Origin: a virus
Direction: 5' to 3' (one strand)
Virus record (IMG/VR): IMGVR_UViG_3300025137_004926
DNA: 64,000 nucleotides
Both the position numbers and the translations under genes were made by a program. Below the pieces are notes generated by a model. That model had not been told where the DNA came from. It did no database searches and worked only from the letters and a program-made list of their open reading frames with translations. The stretch's first letter is position 1. Every line of letters begins with the position of its first letter. Of this stretch, positions 19,660 to 29,876 are shown one piece after another.

Positions 19660-20808
19660 ATGAATAATTATATTTTTACAAGCGAGAGTGTTAGCGAAGG
19701 TCATCCGGACAAAGTAGCAGACCAAATTAGTGATGCATTAGTTGATGCAGGACTAAAGAATGGTGATGAAACAACACGTGTAGCGATTGAAACACTTGTA
19801 ACCACTAACCACGTAACGTTAGCGGGCGAAGTAAAAAACTTTAACGTGAGCAATGATGAGATAAAAGAAATTGTTCGAAACAAAGTTAAAGATATTGGAT
19901 ATGAACAAGAAGGATTTCATTGGGATAAACTAAAAATCTATAATGAAATTCATGCACAGAGTGGTGATATTGGTTTAGGTACAGATAATTTTGGTGCTGG
20001 TGACCAAGGGTTGATGTTTGGATATGCATGTAACCATACAGATAGTATGATGCCTGCACCGATACATTATGCACATGAACTACTAAAAGCATTGAAACGT
20101 TTAAGAGTAGACGAAGGATACGAATACATACAACCTGACTCAAAATCACAAGTAAGTCTACAGTATGAAGGTGGCAAGGTAAAACGTGTAGACCAAGTGG
20201 TGGTCTCGTCACAACATATTCCTCAATACGAACATTCTATCAGAATGCCTCTATCGAACATTGTACACGAAGTATTAGGAGATTTAGTTGACAATGATAC
20301 AGTCAAACATTACAATCCTACAGGAAAATTTGAAATTGGTGGGCCTGACGGTGATACAGGACTTACAGGAAGAAAAATTATTGTGGATACCTATGGTGGT
20401 TTTGCTCCTCACGGTGGGGGTGCTTTTAGTGGAAAAGATCCTACCAAAGTAGATAGAAGTGCGGCATATATGGCACGTTGGATAGCAAAAAACGTTGTAG
20501 CAGATAATATGGCTGATTGGTGTAATATTCAATTAAGTTATGCTATTGGTATTAAAGAACCAACAAGTATCTACATTGATTCAAACGGACACAATCGTAG
20601 TATTGAGAAGTTTATTAAAGAAAATATTGACTTGACACCTAAGGGTATTATTGATAGATTTGATTTATTTAATTTTTATAAGTATAGTGAGAATTGTGTT
20701 TATGGTCACTTTGGTGATAAGAAAGTTCCTTGGGAACACATAGGGTGGAACGGTGTACAGAACGAAGATGCTGATGCACTGGAAGCCGAAATAAATGAAG
20801 GATGTTAG
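19660..20808 (+). CDS. metK: S-adenosylmethionine synthetase
   Basis: FTSESVSEGHPDK, GAGDQG, GGGAFSGKD. Confidence 0.97.
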   Translation: MNNYIFTSESVSEGHPDKVADQISDALVDAGLKNGDETTRVAIETLVTTNHVTLAGEVKNFNVSNDEIKEIVRNKVKDIGYEQEGFHWDKLKIYNEIHAQSGDIGLGTDNFGAGDQGLMFGYACNHTDSMMPAPIHYAHELLKALKRLRVDEGYEYIQPDSKSQVSLQYEGGKVKRVDQVVVSSQHIPQYEHSIRMPLSNIVHEVLGDLVDNDTVKHYNPTGKFEIGGPDGDTGLTGRKIIVDTYGGFAPHGGGAFSGKDPTKVDRSAAYMARWIAKNVVADNMADWCNIQLSYAIGIKEPTSIYIDSNGHNRSIEKFIKENIDLTPKGIIDRFDLFNFYKYSENCVYGHFGDKKVPWEHIGWNGVQNEDADALEAEINEGC

Positions 20809-20811
20809 CAG

Positions 20812-21150
20812 ATGTTTTATAAAACAAATGATGATACATTAGGTATTACAGTTAAAGAATTCGTTGATGAATGGTATGAGAAACAAGATTATATTCTTGT
20901 CGATATCAGAGATACAGAGGAACGTAAAAGTGCAGGTGCTGTTAAACAAACGTTTAACATTTCAATGTATGAGATACCTGACCAAATTGAAATGGCACCC
21001 ACACATATTGTGTGTTTGATGTTATGTCAGGATAGCACTAAAGCAGAACAAGTTACGAAGTATCTCAAAAATAATGGATATAATAATATGATTTATATTG
21101 AGGGAGGGATTGACGAATTAATACAGGCAGTGCCTGAATTGAAAGGATAA
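20812..21150 (+). CDS. Rhodanese-like domain protein
   Basis: LVDIRD..E, active-loop CQDSTKA, YIEGGI. Confidence 0.7.
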   Translation: MFYKTNDDTLGITVKEFVDEWYEKQDYILVDIRDTEERKSAGAVKQTFNISMYEIPDQIEMAPTHIVCLMLCQDSTKAEQVTKYLKNNGYNNMIYIEGGIDELIQAVPELKG

Positions 21151-21154
21151 TATT

Positions 21155-21619
21155 ATGGATATAATGAAACCAAAGACTTGGTTCAAGTCAGAAGAAGAAG
21201 CTGATAGAGACCAAGCTAGATTAATAACAGATGAAAAGAAACGTGACATTGCGTTAGCTGGTATTGATTTAAAATTCGGTCATATTACAAATAATGACCA
21301 TGATAAAAAAGTTGCTACATTAACAGGAGAACCTTGGGTTAAAGTATTAAAGATGGAACTTGAAAAGGATAAACCCGGATCAGGCTTCTTTGAAATTGAC
21401 TTTAATGAAGACTTTGTAGAATATCTTGCAAACAATGGGTATGAAGGCAAAGACAACGATGCTATTGTAGATGGTTGGTTCAATGACTTATGCAAGAACA
21501 TTGTTATGGAAGGTCTTGAAGACGAAGATGGTACAACTAAAAGTGCAGATGTTAAAAGTAAAGATGGTGTAATCATTCAAAGAGTAAAAAGTGAAGATGG
21601 CACTGCCGAATACTCTTGA
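21155..21619 (+). CDS. Hypothetical phage protein
   Basis: 154-aa ORF in the operon. Confidence 0.6.
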   Translation: MDIMKPKTWFKSEEEADRDQARLITDEKKRDIALAGIDLKFGHITNNDHDKKVATLTGEPWVKVLKMELEKDKPGSGFFEIDFNEDFVEYLANNGYEGKDNDAIVDGWFNDLCKNIVMEGLEDEDGTTKSADVKSKDGVIIQRVKSEDGTAEYS

Positions 21620-21644
21620 CAAATGGCACAACCTGTGCTATTCT
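21616..21644 (+). promoter_or_regulatory. Sigma70-type promoter
   Basis: TTGACA-17bp-TATTCT with TG; palindrome GCACA-ACC-TGTGC in the spacer. Confidence 0.6.
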
Positions 21645-21676
21645 AGTATTGTATATAAAACAAAGAGGATCAATTA

Positions 21677-22678
21677 ATGGCTACATTTATTCTTGTTGAT
21701 AGTTTCAACATGTATCATAGAGCAAAGCACGTAGCAATGCGTGGTGCGAATGTCGATATGAAAATCGGTATGGCTTTTCACATTATGATGAGTAGTGTCA
21801 AAATGTGTTATAACAAATTCAATGCCGACCATGCAGTATTTTGTTTAGAAGGACGCAGTTGGCGTAAAGACTTCTATGAACCTTACAAAGCAAATCGTAA
21901 AATTGCACGTGAGGCTTTATCAGTACGTGAACAAGAAGAAAATCAAATCATGTTTGATGCATATGATAGTATGGTTGGGTTCTTAAATGAAAAGACTAAT
22001 TGCACTATGTTGCATAACAAACAAGCAGAAGCAGATGATATGATTGCTTTGTTTATCGAATCACATCCAGATGATGAACATATTATCGTATCAAGTGATA
22101 GTGACTATATGCAACTAATCACAGATAATGTAAGAATTTACGATGGTGTACAAAATCGTATCATTACTAAAGAAGGCTTCTTTAAAGATGATAAGAACAT
22201 GACACCAATGAAAGACAAAAAGACTAAGGAACTTATGCCTGCTCCAGACCCTGAGTGGTTACTGTTTGAGAAATGTATTCGTGGCGATACAAGTGATAAT
22301 ATCTTTAGTGCATATCCAGGTGTGCGTAAGAAAGGATCTCGTAACAAAACAGGAATGCTTGAAGCATATGAAGATAAAGCATCAGGTGGATTCAATTGGA
22401 ATAACTTTATGTTACAGAAATGGACAGACCATAATGGTGTTGAACATACAGTACGTGAAGATTATGAACGTAACGAGAAACTTATCAATTTAACTGCACA
22501 ACCTACAGAATTAAAAGTAGATTTCGTTCAGACTATTGCAGATGCAAGTCAACCTAAGAAAGTAGCCGGTGTAGGTATTAACTTTCTAAAATGGTGCGGT
22601 GAATGGGATTTACAAAATCTATCAAAGGCGCCTGATGAAATGGCGGCTATCTTAAACAAAGCATATCCACATCAATGA
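21677..22678 (+). CDS. T4 RNase H-like 5'-3' exonuclease / flap endonuclease
   Basis: ILVD, WRK..Y..YKANR, EADD, SSDSDYMQL, GDTSDNI. Confidence 0.88.
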   Translation: MATFILVDSFNMYHRAKHVAMRGANVDMKIGMAFHIMMSSVKMCYNKFNADHAVFCLEGRSWRKDFYEPYKANRKIAREALSVREQEENQIMFDAYDSMVGFLNEKTNCTMLHNKQAEADDMIALFIESHPDDEHIIVSSDSDYMQLITDNVRIYDGVQNRIITKEGFFKDDKNMTPMKDKKTKELMPAPDPEWLLFEKCIRGDTSDNIFSAYPGVRKKGSRNKTGMLEAYEDKASGGFNWNNFMLQKWTDHNGVEHTVREDYERNEKLINLTAQPTELKVDFVQTIADASQPKKVAGVGINFLKWCGEWDLQNLSKAPDEMAAILNKAYPHQ

Positions 22679-23385
22679 AACATTACATATTTGATGTAGA
22701 TGGGACACTTACACCAAGCAGAGGTAAAATAGACCATGGCTTCTTAAACTTCTTCAATGAGTTTGTGGAAGAAAACAATGTCTATCTTGCGACAGGTAGT
22801 GATGCACCTAAGACTATTGAACAGATAGGACAACAATTATTTAATTCAGTTATCAAAGTTTATAACTGTAGTGGTAACTCAGTTTGGGAAAAAGGTAATA
22901 ACATTTATAATAACGATTGGACTCTGCCTACTATTCCAAAAATATTTCTACAAAAACAACTTACAGAGAGTAATTTTCCATTAAGAACTGGTACACATTT
23001 TGATACGAGACCAGGCTTATTAAACTTTAGTATAATTGGTAGAGGTGCTGATACAAAACAAAGGGAAGAATACGTTAAGTATGATAACGAAACAAGAGAA
23101 CGATGGATTATAGCAAAAGAATTCAATGAAAATTTTAGAAGTGAGAATGTCGTAGCCCAGGTTGCTGGTGAAACTGGTTTAGACATTATGCCAATTGGTA
23201 AGGGAAAACAACAAATCATTAATAATTTTGATGAGTTGGATACAATCATCTTTATAGGTGATAAGACTATGAAAGGCGGTAACGATTATGACATTTCAGA
23301 AGCAGTGAAGCAAATGAAAAATGGTCAGAGTTACCAAGTGGATGACTATTCAGATACATGGGACTTATTGTGTCGTATAGGCTAA
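22675..23385 (+). CDS. HAD-IIB phosphomannomutase-like enzyme
   Basis: FDVDGTLT, TGSD, NFSIIGR, GDKTMKGGNDY. Confidence 0.8.
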   Translation: MKHYIFDVDGTLTPSRGKIDHGFLNFFNEFVEENNVYLATGSDAPKTIEQIGQQLFNSVIKVYNCSGNSVWEKGNNIYNNDWTLPTIPKIFLQKQLTESNFPLRTGTHFDTRPGLLNFSIIGRGADTKQREEYVKYDNETRERWIIAKEFNENFRSENVVAQVAGETGLDIMPIGKGKQQIINNFDELDTIIFIGDKTMKGGNDYDISEAVKQMKNGQSYQVDDYSDTWDLLCRIG

Positions 23386-23401
23386 TAAAAGAGGATTAAA
23401 A

Positions 23402-24376
23402 ATGTTTAGATTTTTTACACAGAAAGAATGGGCCTTATGGTCCTGGTTAGGGTCAGCATTGATTCTATCATCACTCTGGATACAAGTTGAGATTGATGTT
23501 AAGATTAACGAATGGTTTGGTCAGTTTTACGACATGATTCAAAAAGCCTTAGCAGAACCCAATGCTATCACTATTGGTGAGTATTGGAGTAGTTTAGGAA
23601 CGTTTATCTATCTAGCAATGATATACGTTGCTATTGCGGTTGCAGTAAGTTTCTTTACTGCACACTATTTGTTTAGATGGCGTACATCAATGGTAAATTG
23701 GTATCATTCAGTATATGATAAAGCAAGAACTATTGAGGGTGCCGCACAAAGGGTACAAGAGGATACGATTAAATTTTCACGTATCATGGAAGGATTAGGT
23801 ACAAGTTTCATTGAATCAATTATGATTCTAGTACAGTTTGTTCCTATTCTATTTGGTTTATCAGTAGGTATTCCTATCTTCTTCTTTGGAGATTGGCAGT
23901 ACGGATTGATTACAGGTGCTATTGTTTGGTCAGTAGGTGGTACACTATTCTTAATTGGGATAGGTTGGTTGCTACGTTTAGTAGGAGTTGAGTATGACTT
24001 ACAAAAGAAAGAAGCCGCATATCGAAAGATATTGGTTATTGCAGAAGATGATAAAACAGTAAGACCAAAGACAATTAATGAACTGTTCGAAGGCGTTCGT
24101 TCAATTCACTTCAAATCTTATTTGCGTTATTTGTATTTTAATGTAGGACGTATTACATACTTACAAGCAAACGTATTAAGTGCTTATGTGTTCCTAGCAC
24201 CGGCCATTGTAGCAGGCGTAGTAACACTAGGTGTGATGCAACAGATTATTCGTGCATTCGGTAGAGTAGAAGGCTCACTTCAATATCTATTTAAAGCATG
24301 GCCTACACTTATTGAGTTAATGAGTGTGTTCAAACGTTTACGTGAATTTGAGCGTCAAATAATTGAAAAACAATAG
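23402..24376 (+). CDS. SbmA/BacA-family peptide transporter
   Basis: INEWFGQFYD, FRWRTSM, IEGAAQRVQEDT, EAAYRK, ELMSVFKRLREFE. Confidence 0.85.
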   Translation: MFRFFTQKEWALWSWLGSALILSSLWIQVEIDVKINEWFGQFYDMIQKALAEPNAITIGEYWSSLGTFIYLAMIYVAIAVAVSFFTAHYLFRWRTSMVNWYHSVYDKARTIEGAAQRVQEDTIKFSRIMEGLGTSFIESIMILVQFVPILFGLSVGIPIFFFGDWQYGLITGAIVWSVGGTLFLIGIGWLLRLVGVEYDLQKKEAAYRKILVIAEDDKTVRPKTINELFEGVRSIHFKSYLRYLYFNVGRITYLQANVLSAYVFLAPAIVAGVVTLGVMQQIIRAFGRVEGSLQYLFKAWPTLIELMSVFKRLREFERQIIEKQ

Positions 24377-24433
24377 TGTCAAATAAACCTTACGTAATTT
24401 TTATTGACACAGAAAAAATGACTGACTAGAAAG

Positions 24434-24470
24434 GATAAATACATTTGTACGAAGTTAATTCGTGCAAATG
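24434..24470 (+). promoter_or_regulatory. Late-promoter motif followed by a 12-bp hairpin
   Basis: GATAAATA then CATTTGTACGAA-GTTAA-TTCGTGCAAATG. Confidence 0.5.
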
Positions 24471-24487
24471 GTTTCAATAGGTATTAA

Positions 24488-24982
24488 ATGTATACAACAG
24501 AAATTATAAAAGACAAGTTTTGGATACTGGAAGATGCTGGAGTTAAACTCGGCACTATCAGAAAAGAAGATGGTGATTCCAACTTTGAAGTAATCACGAG
24601 GAGTAAAGGTATTGATTACCTAGACCTCGATGCTCTAACTACAAAGTACGGTAAGGCTATCTTAATACCAAAACTTGTTAATAAGATAGACAGTGTAGAA
24701 TACGGAAAGGCACTTGACGAAGTTAATGGTTATCCGTGCAAACATAAGGCTTGTAACTCAGGTATGGAAGAAAAGTCGGGGAGACACATACCTGTATATA
24801 CAAAAAGTGATACAAGCAAAACGTATTATGCCGCAGGCTATTATGGTTTACATTTTAGTGGTGTTTGGCGTAATACGTATTGTGTCAAATTAGAAACATT
24901 GGATAATTATGAATTCGTCGGTCCATTCAAGACTAAGACAGAACTTGAGGCAGAGGTACTAAAGGCTAGTAAACAAGATTAA
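24488..24982 (+). CDS. Hypothetical phage protein
   Basis: 164-aa ORF after the late motif. Confidence 0.6.
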   Translation: MYTTEIIKDKFWILEDAGVKLGTIRKEDGDSNFEVITRSKGIDYLDLDALTTKYGKAILIPKLVNKIDSVEYGKALDEVNGYPCKHKACNSGMEEKSGRHIPVYTKSDTSKTYYAAGYYGLHFSGVWRNTYCVKLETLDNYEFVGPFKTKTELEAEVLKASKQD

Positions 24983-25170
24983 TGTATAAAAACTTAAAAG
25001 AATTAATCGCCATCATAAATCGAGCAAATTTAAGAGGCGAGACAAGTATCCGTTTGTCAATAGACATTGCAAACGGCGTTGAGAATGAACTAGTTAAATT
25101 ATTACTTGAACTAAAAGAAAGTAGTAAAGACAGTGACCAGGTACTAGACGGAGGCAAATTCCAATCATAA
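24982..25170 (+). CDS. Hypothetical protein
   Basis: 62-aa ORF, TAATG-coupled to the upstream gene. Confidence 0.55.
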   Translation: MYKNLKELIAIINRANLRGETSIRLSIDIANGVENELVKLLLELKESSKDSDQVLDGGKFQS

Positions 25171-25192
25171 AGATTAAGTAAGGAGAATCAGT

Positions 25193-26464
25193 ATGATTCG
25201 TATGATTAAGAATGGGTTGAAGTGGTCAGGAATATTATTAGTTGCAGTGATTTTTTCATTTGTAGCTAACTCTTATGTGAGAGACATACAAGAAAAGATA
25301 CATGAAGGTATCGGTTGGACATACAAAGTTATCGGTGAAGATACCGGTGAATTCCTATATGACCTTAATGGTTGGGTATTCAATGGTAAAGGATTTGATA
25401 GTGAACGTGATATTAAACACGTTATCCACGAAAGCTATAAGAGTATCGTACAAGTAAAATCTAAACCAAGTGATGATGCATTTGTTAATAATTTAGGTGG
25501 CACAGGTACAGGTTTCTTTGCTAAAGTTACAGACACCCATGCTTATATCGTAACGAATTTTCACGTTGTAGAAAGATATGTTGCTCTGCCAATCAATCTT
25601 AAGTTAGAAATTACCACAGCAACAGAATGGTGGCCTTATGAAGGTGAAATCATTGGCTATGATCCAGTAGCCGATATTGCAGTTGTCAGAATAGAAAAGA
25701 AAGACAACGAAGACTGGAAAGCATTAGAGTTTGTTGAAAGTTCAAGAAAAGATATAACTGAAGGTGATCCAGTAGTAGTTATTGGACATGGAATGTCACT
25801 GCCTTATACTGCGACAGTAGGTAGCATTAGTTATACTAATAGATTTGGTACAGGCCCATATACATTACATCTACAGATAGATGCAGTTGTTAATCAGGGT
25901 AACAGTGGTGGTCCAGTAATGACTATGGACGGAAAAGTAGCTGGTGTTATACTTAGTATTCTATCTCCGGGAAGACAAACTCCTGGATGGGATGGAGTAG
26001 GATTAGCAGTACAATCAGAAATTTCACAAAGGGCTGTTGATTACATATTAGAGAATTATGTAGATGGAGAACCTGTTGCTTGGGTCCCTTATTCTGAATT
26101 ACCATTTACATTTAAAATATGGACATACGATGAACTAAAAGAAAGAGAAATTTTAGAGTTACCTCGTAAAGATAGAAAGATGGTATATGTTGATTTAACA
26201 GACCTACCGAATAGTGCGGCCGCAGAAGCTGGCTTACAACAAGGTGATATCTTTTTAGAGATAAATGGTAAAGAATTCTACGGACCTATGAACATTATTG
26301 AAGCAGGATTACATGCGTTTCCTGGTGACACAATGACGCTTAAAGTAAAAAGAGGAGATGAGTTTACAGGGTATGAAGAATTTGAATTTAGTTTCATACT
26401 CAAAGAAAAAGATCCTGCTGTTTTACAATCCTGGCTTGACCAAAGAAAATCAAATACAAGATAA
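25193..26464 (+). CDS. HtrA/DegP-like serine protease with PDZ domain and N-terminal membrane anchor
   Basis: GTGF..VTNFHVV, DIAVV, QIDAVVNQGNSGGP, AAEAGLQQGD. Confidence 0.9.
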   Translation: MIRMIKNGLKWSGILLVAVIFSFVANSYVRDIQEKIHEGIGWTYKVIGEDTGEFLYDLNGWVFNGKGFDSERDIKHVIHESYKSIVQVKSKPSDDAFVNNLGGTGTGFFAKVTDTHAYIVTNFHVVERYVALPINLKLEITTATEWWPYEGEIIGYDPVADIAVVRIEKKDNEDWKALEFVESSRKDITEGDPVVVIGHGMSLPYTATVGSISYTNRFGTGPYTLHLQIDAVVNQGNSGGPVMTMDGKVAGVILSILSPGRQTPGWDGVGLAVQSEISQRAVDYILENYVDGEPVAWVPYSELPFTFKIWTYDELKEREILELPRKDRKMVYVDLTDLPNSAAAEAGLQQGDIFLEINGKEFYGPMNIIEAGLHAFPGDTMTLKVKRGDEFTGYEEFEFSFILKEKDPAVLQSWLDQRKSNTR

Positions 26465-26535
26465 ATATAAGTTAACTACGAATATTTTTCATAAAAATAG
26501 ATAAATACATGTAGTAAATTTAACAAGGAATTCAT

Positions 26536-26826
26536 ATGGCAAGACCTAAACCAACTATTCTACTTGAGCATACAGATAATAAAACTTATCGAAGTGAACA
26601 AGTCTTAAAAGCAGACGCCGTGTATGCGGTATTCCATAAAGGAGTAGCCATAAACCTTCGTAGTTTAAATTCATTAGTCAACTTCCCAGGACCAAAATAT
26701 AAGAAAGTATCGTTCTCTAATCCAGGACATGCTATTAATTTGGCACAGAGATTAAATAATCTATTTCGTTGTGAAGACTTTGAAGTTTACATTTTGACCA
26801 AGGGCGAGAAACTAGAGTTAGACTAG
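26536..26826 (+). CDS. Hypothetical phage protein
   Basis: AAGGA SD; GATAAATA at 26500-26507. Confidence 0.65.
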   Translation: MARPKPTILLEHTDNKTYRSEQVLKADAVYAVFHKGVAINLRSLNSLVNFPGPKYKKVSFSNPGHAINLAQRLNNLFRCEDFEVYILTKGEKLELD

Positions 26827-27215
26827 TGTTAAAAAATGAACTAATCCAGTATCTAAATGTGCATACAAAGGGTCGAAAGGCGGGCCGCAAAGAGTTTCGC
26901 ACAAACGATATTTTCATTAGTTCTTCTGAAAACAATAAAAACTTTAGATTAACATCATTCGGTGCTAAAATACTCAAATCTCATTTCAAAGAGTACGTAA
27001 TCAAAAATACCAATAATGTTGGAGTACATCTTAAGATTGACCACACAGGTAAGATGATTCTTGTACTTGATAGATATCTAAATAGTCCATATATATTGAC
27101 GAATCAGCGACTAAGAGTGTATGAAGAAGCTATTGCGGCTGAAATATCACTACTTGGATTAGAGGATTGGGTCGAACAAAAGCACATTTTATCAGAAATA
27201 CACCAAAATAACTAA
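26826..27215 (+). CDS. Hypothetical protein
   Basis: 129-aa ORF coupled to the upstream stop. Confidence 0.55.
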   Translation: MLKNELIQYLNVHTKGRKAGRKEFRTNDIFISSSENNKNFRLTSFGAKILKSHFKEYVIKNTNNVGVHLKIDHTGKMILVLDRYLNSPYILTNQRLRVYEEAIAAEISLLGLEDWVEQKHILSEIHQNN

Positions 27216-27240
27216 AAAAACTTGATTTAATTTAGGTCAA

Positions 27241-27286
27241 AAACTTGACAGATTAGAGAATCGTGTTATAGTGTATACATAATGAA
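27241..27286 (+). promoter_or_regulatory. Repeated early-type promoter, copy 1
   Basis: AAACTTGACA-N7-GAATCGTGT-TATAGT-GTATACATAATGAA. Confidence 0.7.
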
Positions 27287-27305
27287 TAACAAAGGAAGTG
27301 AAAAT

Positions 27306-28433
27306 ATGTCTGCAAAAGTTTCAACACATGATATGGATGTTCGAATTGTACGTCCTTCTGATATAAAAGCTGAAATCAATTATGCTTTTAATCGTCAACG
27401 ACCCGTCTTTATTTGGGGTCCCCCCGGAGTAGGTAAATCTGAGATAGTAGATACTATCACACAAGAAAGGTCAGGTTATATGATTGACCTTAGACTTGCT
27501 CTTATGGAACCTACTGATTTACGAGGTATCCCATACTATAATGAGAAAACAAACACTATGGATTGGGCAACACCTTCTGACTTACCTAGTCAAGAACTTG
27601 CTGACCAGTTTGAAAACATTGTATTGTTTTTAGATGAAATGAACCAAGCACCGCAATCAGTACAAGCGGCGGCTTATCAACTTATTCTTAATAGGCGTTT
27701 AGGTAATTATACTCTACCTGATAATGTTCTTATTGTTGCCGCTGGTAACAGAGAATCAGATAGAGGTGTTGCTTATAGAATGCCTTCTCCACTTGCTAAC
27801 AGATTTGTACACTTAGAAATGGGTGTTGACTTTGAAGATTGGCAGACTTGGGCATTAGAAAATAAAATCCATGCTGATGTTGTAGGTTACTTAACATCTA
27901 ATAAAATGGACTTGTTTAACTTTGACCCTAGAACTGCTTCAAGGGCTTTCGCAACTCCTAGGTCTTGGACATTTACATCACAGTTGATGCCGATGGAAGG
28001 TGAAACTATTGATGATAGTAAACTACATGACTTGATTGCAGGTACTGTCGGTGATGGTGTTGCTACTAAGTTTATGGCTCACCGAGCGATTTCAGGTAAA
28101 CTCCCTAATCCAACTGATATCTTAAAAGGTAAGGTCAAAACGGTATCTAGGGAAGCTAAGGAAATCTCAGCTATGTTCTCTCTAACTGCTTCACTATGTT
28201 ATGAGTTAAAAGAACATGCCGAGAAAAACAAAGGTAAGATGGATGAGTTATACAAAATGGCTGACAACTTTTTCAGGTTCATGATGGATAACTTTGAAAC
28301 TGAAATGATTGTTCTAGGTGGTAGAACTGCACTAAAAGTTTACAAACTTCCACTAGAGCCTAGGAAGGTTCCTTGTATCGAGGAGTTCTTTAAGAAATAC
28401 GGTAAGTTGATTATCGAGGCTCATAACGCATAA
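27306..28433 (+). CDS. MoxR-like AAA+ ATPase
   Basis: GPPGVGKS, LFLDE, AAGNR, PLANRF, TPRSW. Confidence 0.9.
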   Translation: MSAKVSTHDMDVRIVRPSDIKAEINYAFNRQRPVFIWGPPGVGKSEIVDTITQERSGYMIDLRLALMEPTDLRGIPYYNEKTNTMDWATPSDLPSQELADQFENIVLFLDEMNQAPQSVQAAAYQLILNRRLGNYTLPDNVLIVAAGNRESDRGVAYRMPSPLANRFVHLEMGVDFEDWQTWALENKIHADVVGYLTSNKMDLFNFDPRTASRAFATPRSWTFTSQLMPMEGETIDDSKLHDLIAGTVGDGVATKFMAHRAISGKLPNPTDILKGKVKTVSREAKEISAMFSLTASLCYELKEHAEKNKGKMDELYKMADNFFRFMMDNFETEMIVLGGRTALKVYKLPLEPRKVPCIEEFFKKYGKLIIEAHNA

Positions 28434-28460
28434 GAGCAGACACTTTAATGCGTTTAAGAG

Positions 28461-28500
28461 GGAGAGAGGTCTTGACTTCTCTCCTTTTTTTTGTTATAAT
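28461..28500 (+). promoter_or_regulatory. Overlapping terminator and sigma70 promoter of the acyl operon
   Basis: Stem GGAGAGAGGT-CTTG-ACTTCTCTCC + T8; TTGACT(28472)-17bp-TATAAT(28495). Confidence 0.7.
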
Positions 28501-28505
28501 TAGAT

Positions 28506-29876
28506 ATGATTTGGGAAACAATTAAAGCACAGGCAAAGATCCACGGCAGTAAAACTGCCTTGATATGCCATGATAAAAGTTATACATATAGAGAATTAGT
28601 TGAGAGTGTAGAAAAACTATCGGCTACATTATCTACAGCCATCAGACCTGGTGAGCGAGTATTATTTGCAAGTGAAAAAGAATATCATTATGTAAGAATG
28701 GTTCTGGCATGTGATGCCTTAGGTGTAACATTTATGCCAACGTTTCCCAATTTATCAGATGAAATAGTTGAACGTATAAAGAATGCAAGTCACCCAAATC
28801 ATATAATTCTAAGTGAAGACGATGCACTAAAACTAAAGCCACACAATAAAGGCTTAATGTTTGCCAAAGGTGCAGACGATTTGTATACTGTTATATTTAC
28901 TAGCGGTACTACAGGAGAGCCTAAGGCGGTCCCACATACTAGAATGGCTTGCATTCAAGGTTCAATACAAAACATCTTAATACAAACTTTAACATCCGAT
29001 GATGTAATACTTTCACAACTTCCTCCTTGGACTATTGGTGGACTGTATCTATATACACTTCCAGGTCTAATGAAAGGTTCTACAGTAATTTGTGAAATGT
29101 TTAATCCAAGACGTTATATACAAATATGTAAAGAATATAAACCTACTATAGGTATTATTGTTCCTGCTATGATGTTGGCACTATCTAAAATCAGAGGCTG
29201 GAAAGAAGCAGACTTATCTCACTGGCGTGAGTTAGGGTTCGGTAGTACAGTTTGTCCTAAAGAAATGTTACAAGAACTATTTGACAAGGGAGCACCTGCA
29301 TTAAGAAACTTATATGGTTGTACAGAAACACATGTACCGATGTTTACACATTTGGCAACTCCAGATGATCCACATCCTTTGCAAATTCATATCACTGATA
29401 ACTATGATTTCAAATTAGATAGATATGGTGTTGCTTGGATTAAAGGTGATTGTGTTACAAAAGGATATCTAAATCAAGAGACACCTATAGATGATGATGG
29501 TTATTGGAGTACTGGTGATGTACTAGAAACTCAGCATAATCTTTTATTTTATAAATCACGTAAAACTGATTTAATAAAAGTCAATAGTTATAATGTATCT
29601 CCTGTTAGGATCGAGAATATGTTTCTACCACATACTGATGTTAATGAAGTTTGCGTAACATACCGTGATAGAGAACTAGGAGAGAAAGAAATTGTTGCAG
29701 TAGTCAGTGTGGATAGCAAGATAAATAGTGATGAGTTAATGAAATTTGTTAAAGATAAGCTATTTCAGTACGAATTGCCCAAAGAGATTATTATTACAAC
29801 AGATCCATTACCAAGAAACCCTATGGGAAAAGTTCAGAGACATGTTGTCAGGGAAAAGTTTGTGGAGACAGAATGA
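28506..29876 (+). CDS. AMP-dependent acyl-CoA/acyl-ACP ligase
   Basis: FTSGTTGEPK, YGCTE, TGD, PRNPMGKV. Confidence 0.9.
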   Translation: MIWETIKAQAKIHGSKTALICHDKSYTYRELVESVEKLSATLSTAIRPGERVLFASEKEYHYVRMVLACDALGVTFMPTFPNLSDEIVERIKNASHPNHIILSEDDALKLKPHNKGLMFAKGADDLYTVIFTSGTTGEPKAVPHTRMACIQGSIQNILIQTLTSDDVILSQLPPWTIGGLYLYTLPGLMKGSTVICEMFNPRRYIQICKEYKPTIGIIVPAMMLALSKIRGWKEADLSHWRELGFGSTVCPKEMLQELFDKGAPALRNLYGCTETHVPMFTHLATPDDPHPLQIHITDNYDFKLDRYGVAWIKGDCVTKGYLNQETPIDDDGYWSTGDVLETQHNLLFYKSRKTDLIKVNSYNVSPVRIENMFLPHTDVNEVCVTYRDRELGEKEIVAVVSVDSKINSDELMKFVKDKLFQYELPKEIIITTDPLPRNPMGKVQRHVVREKFVETE

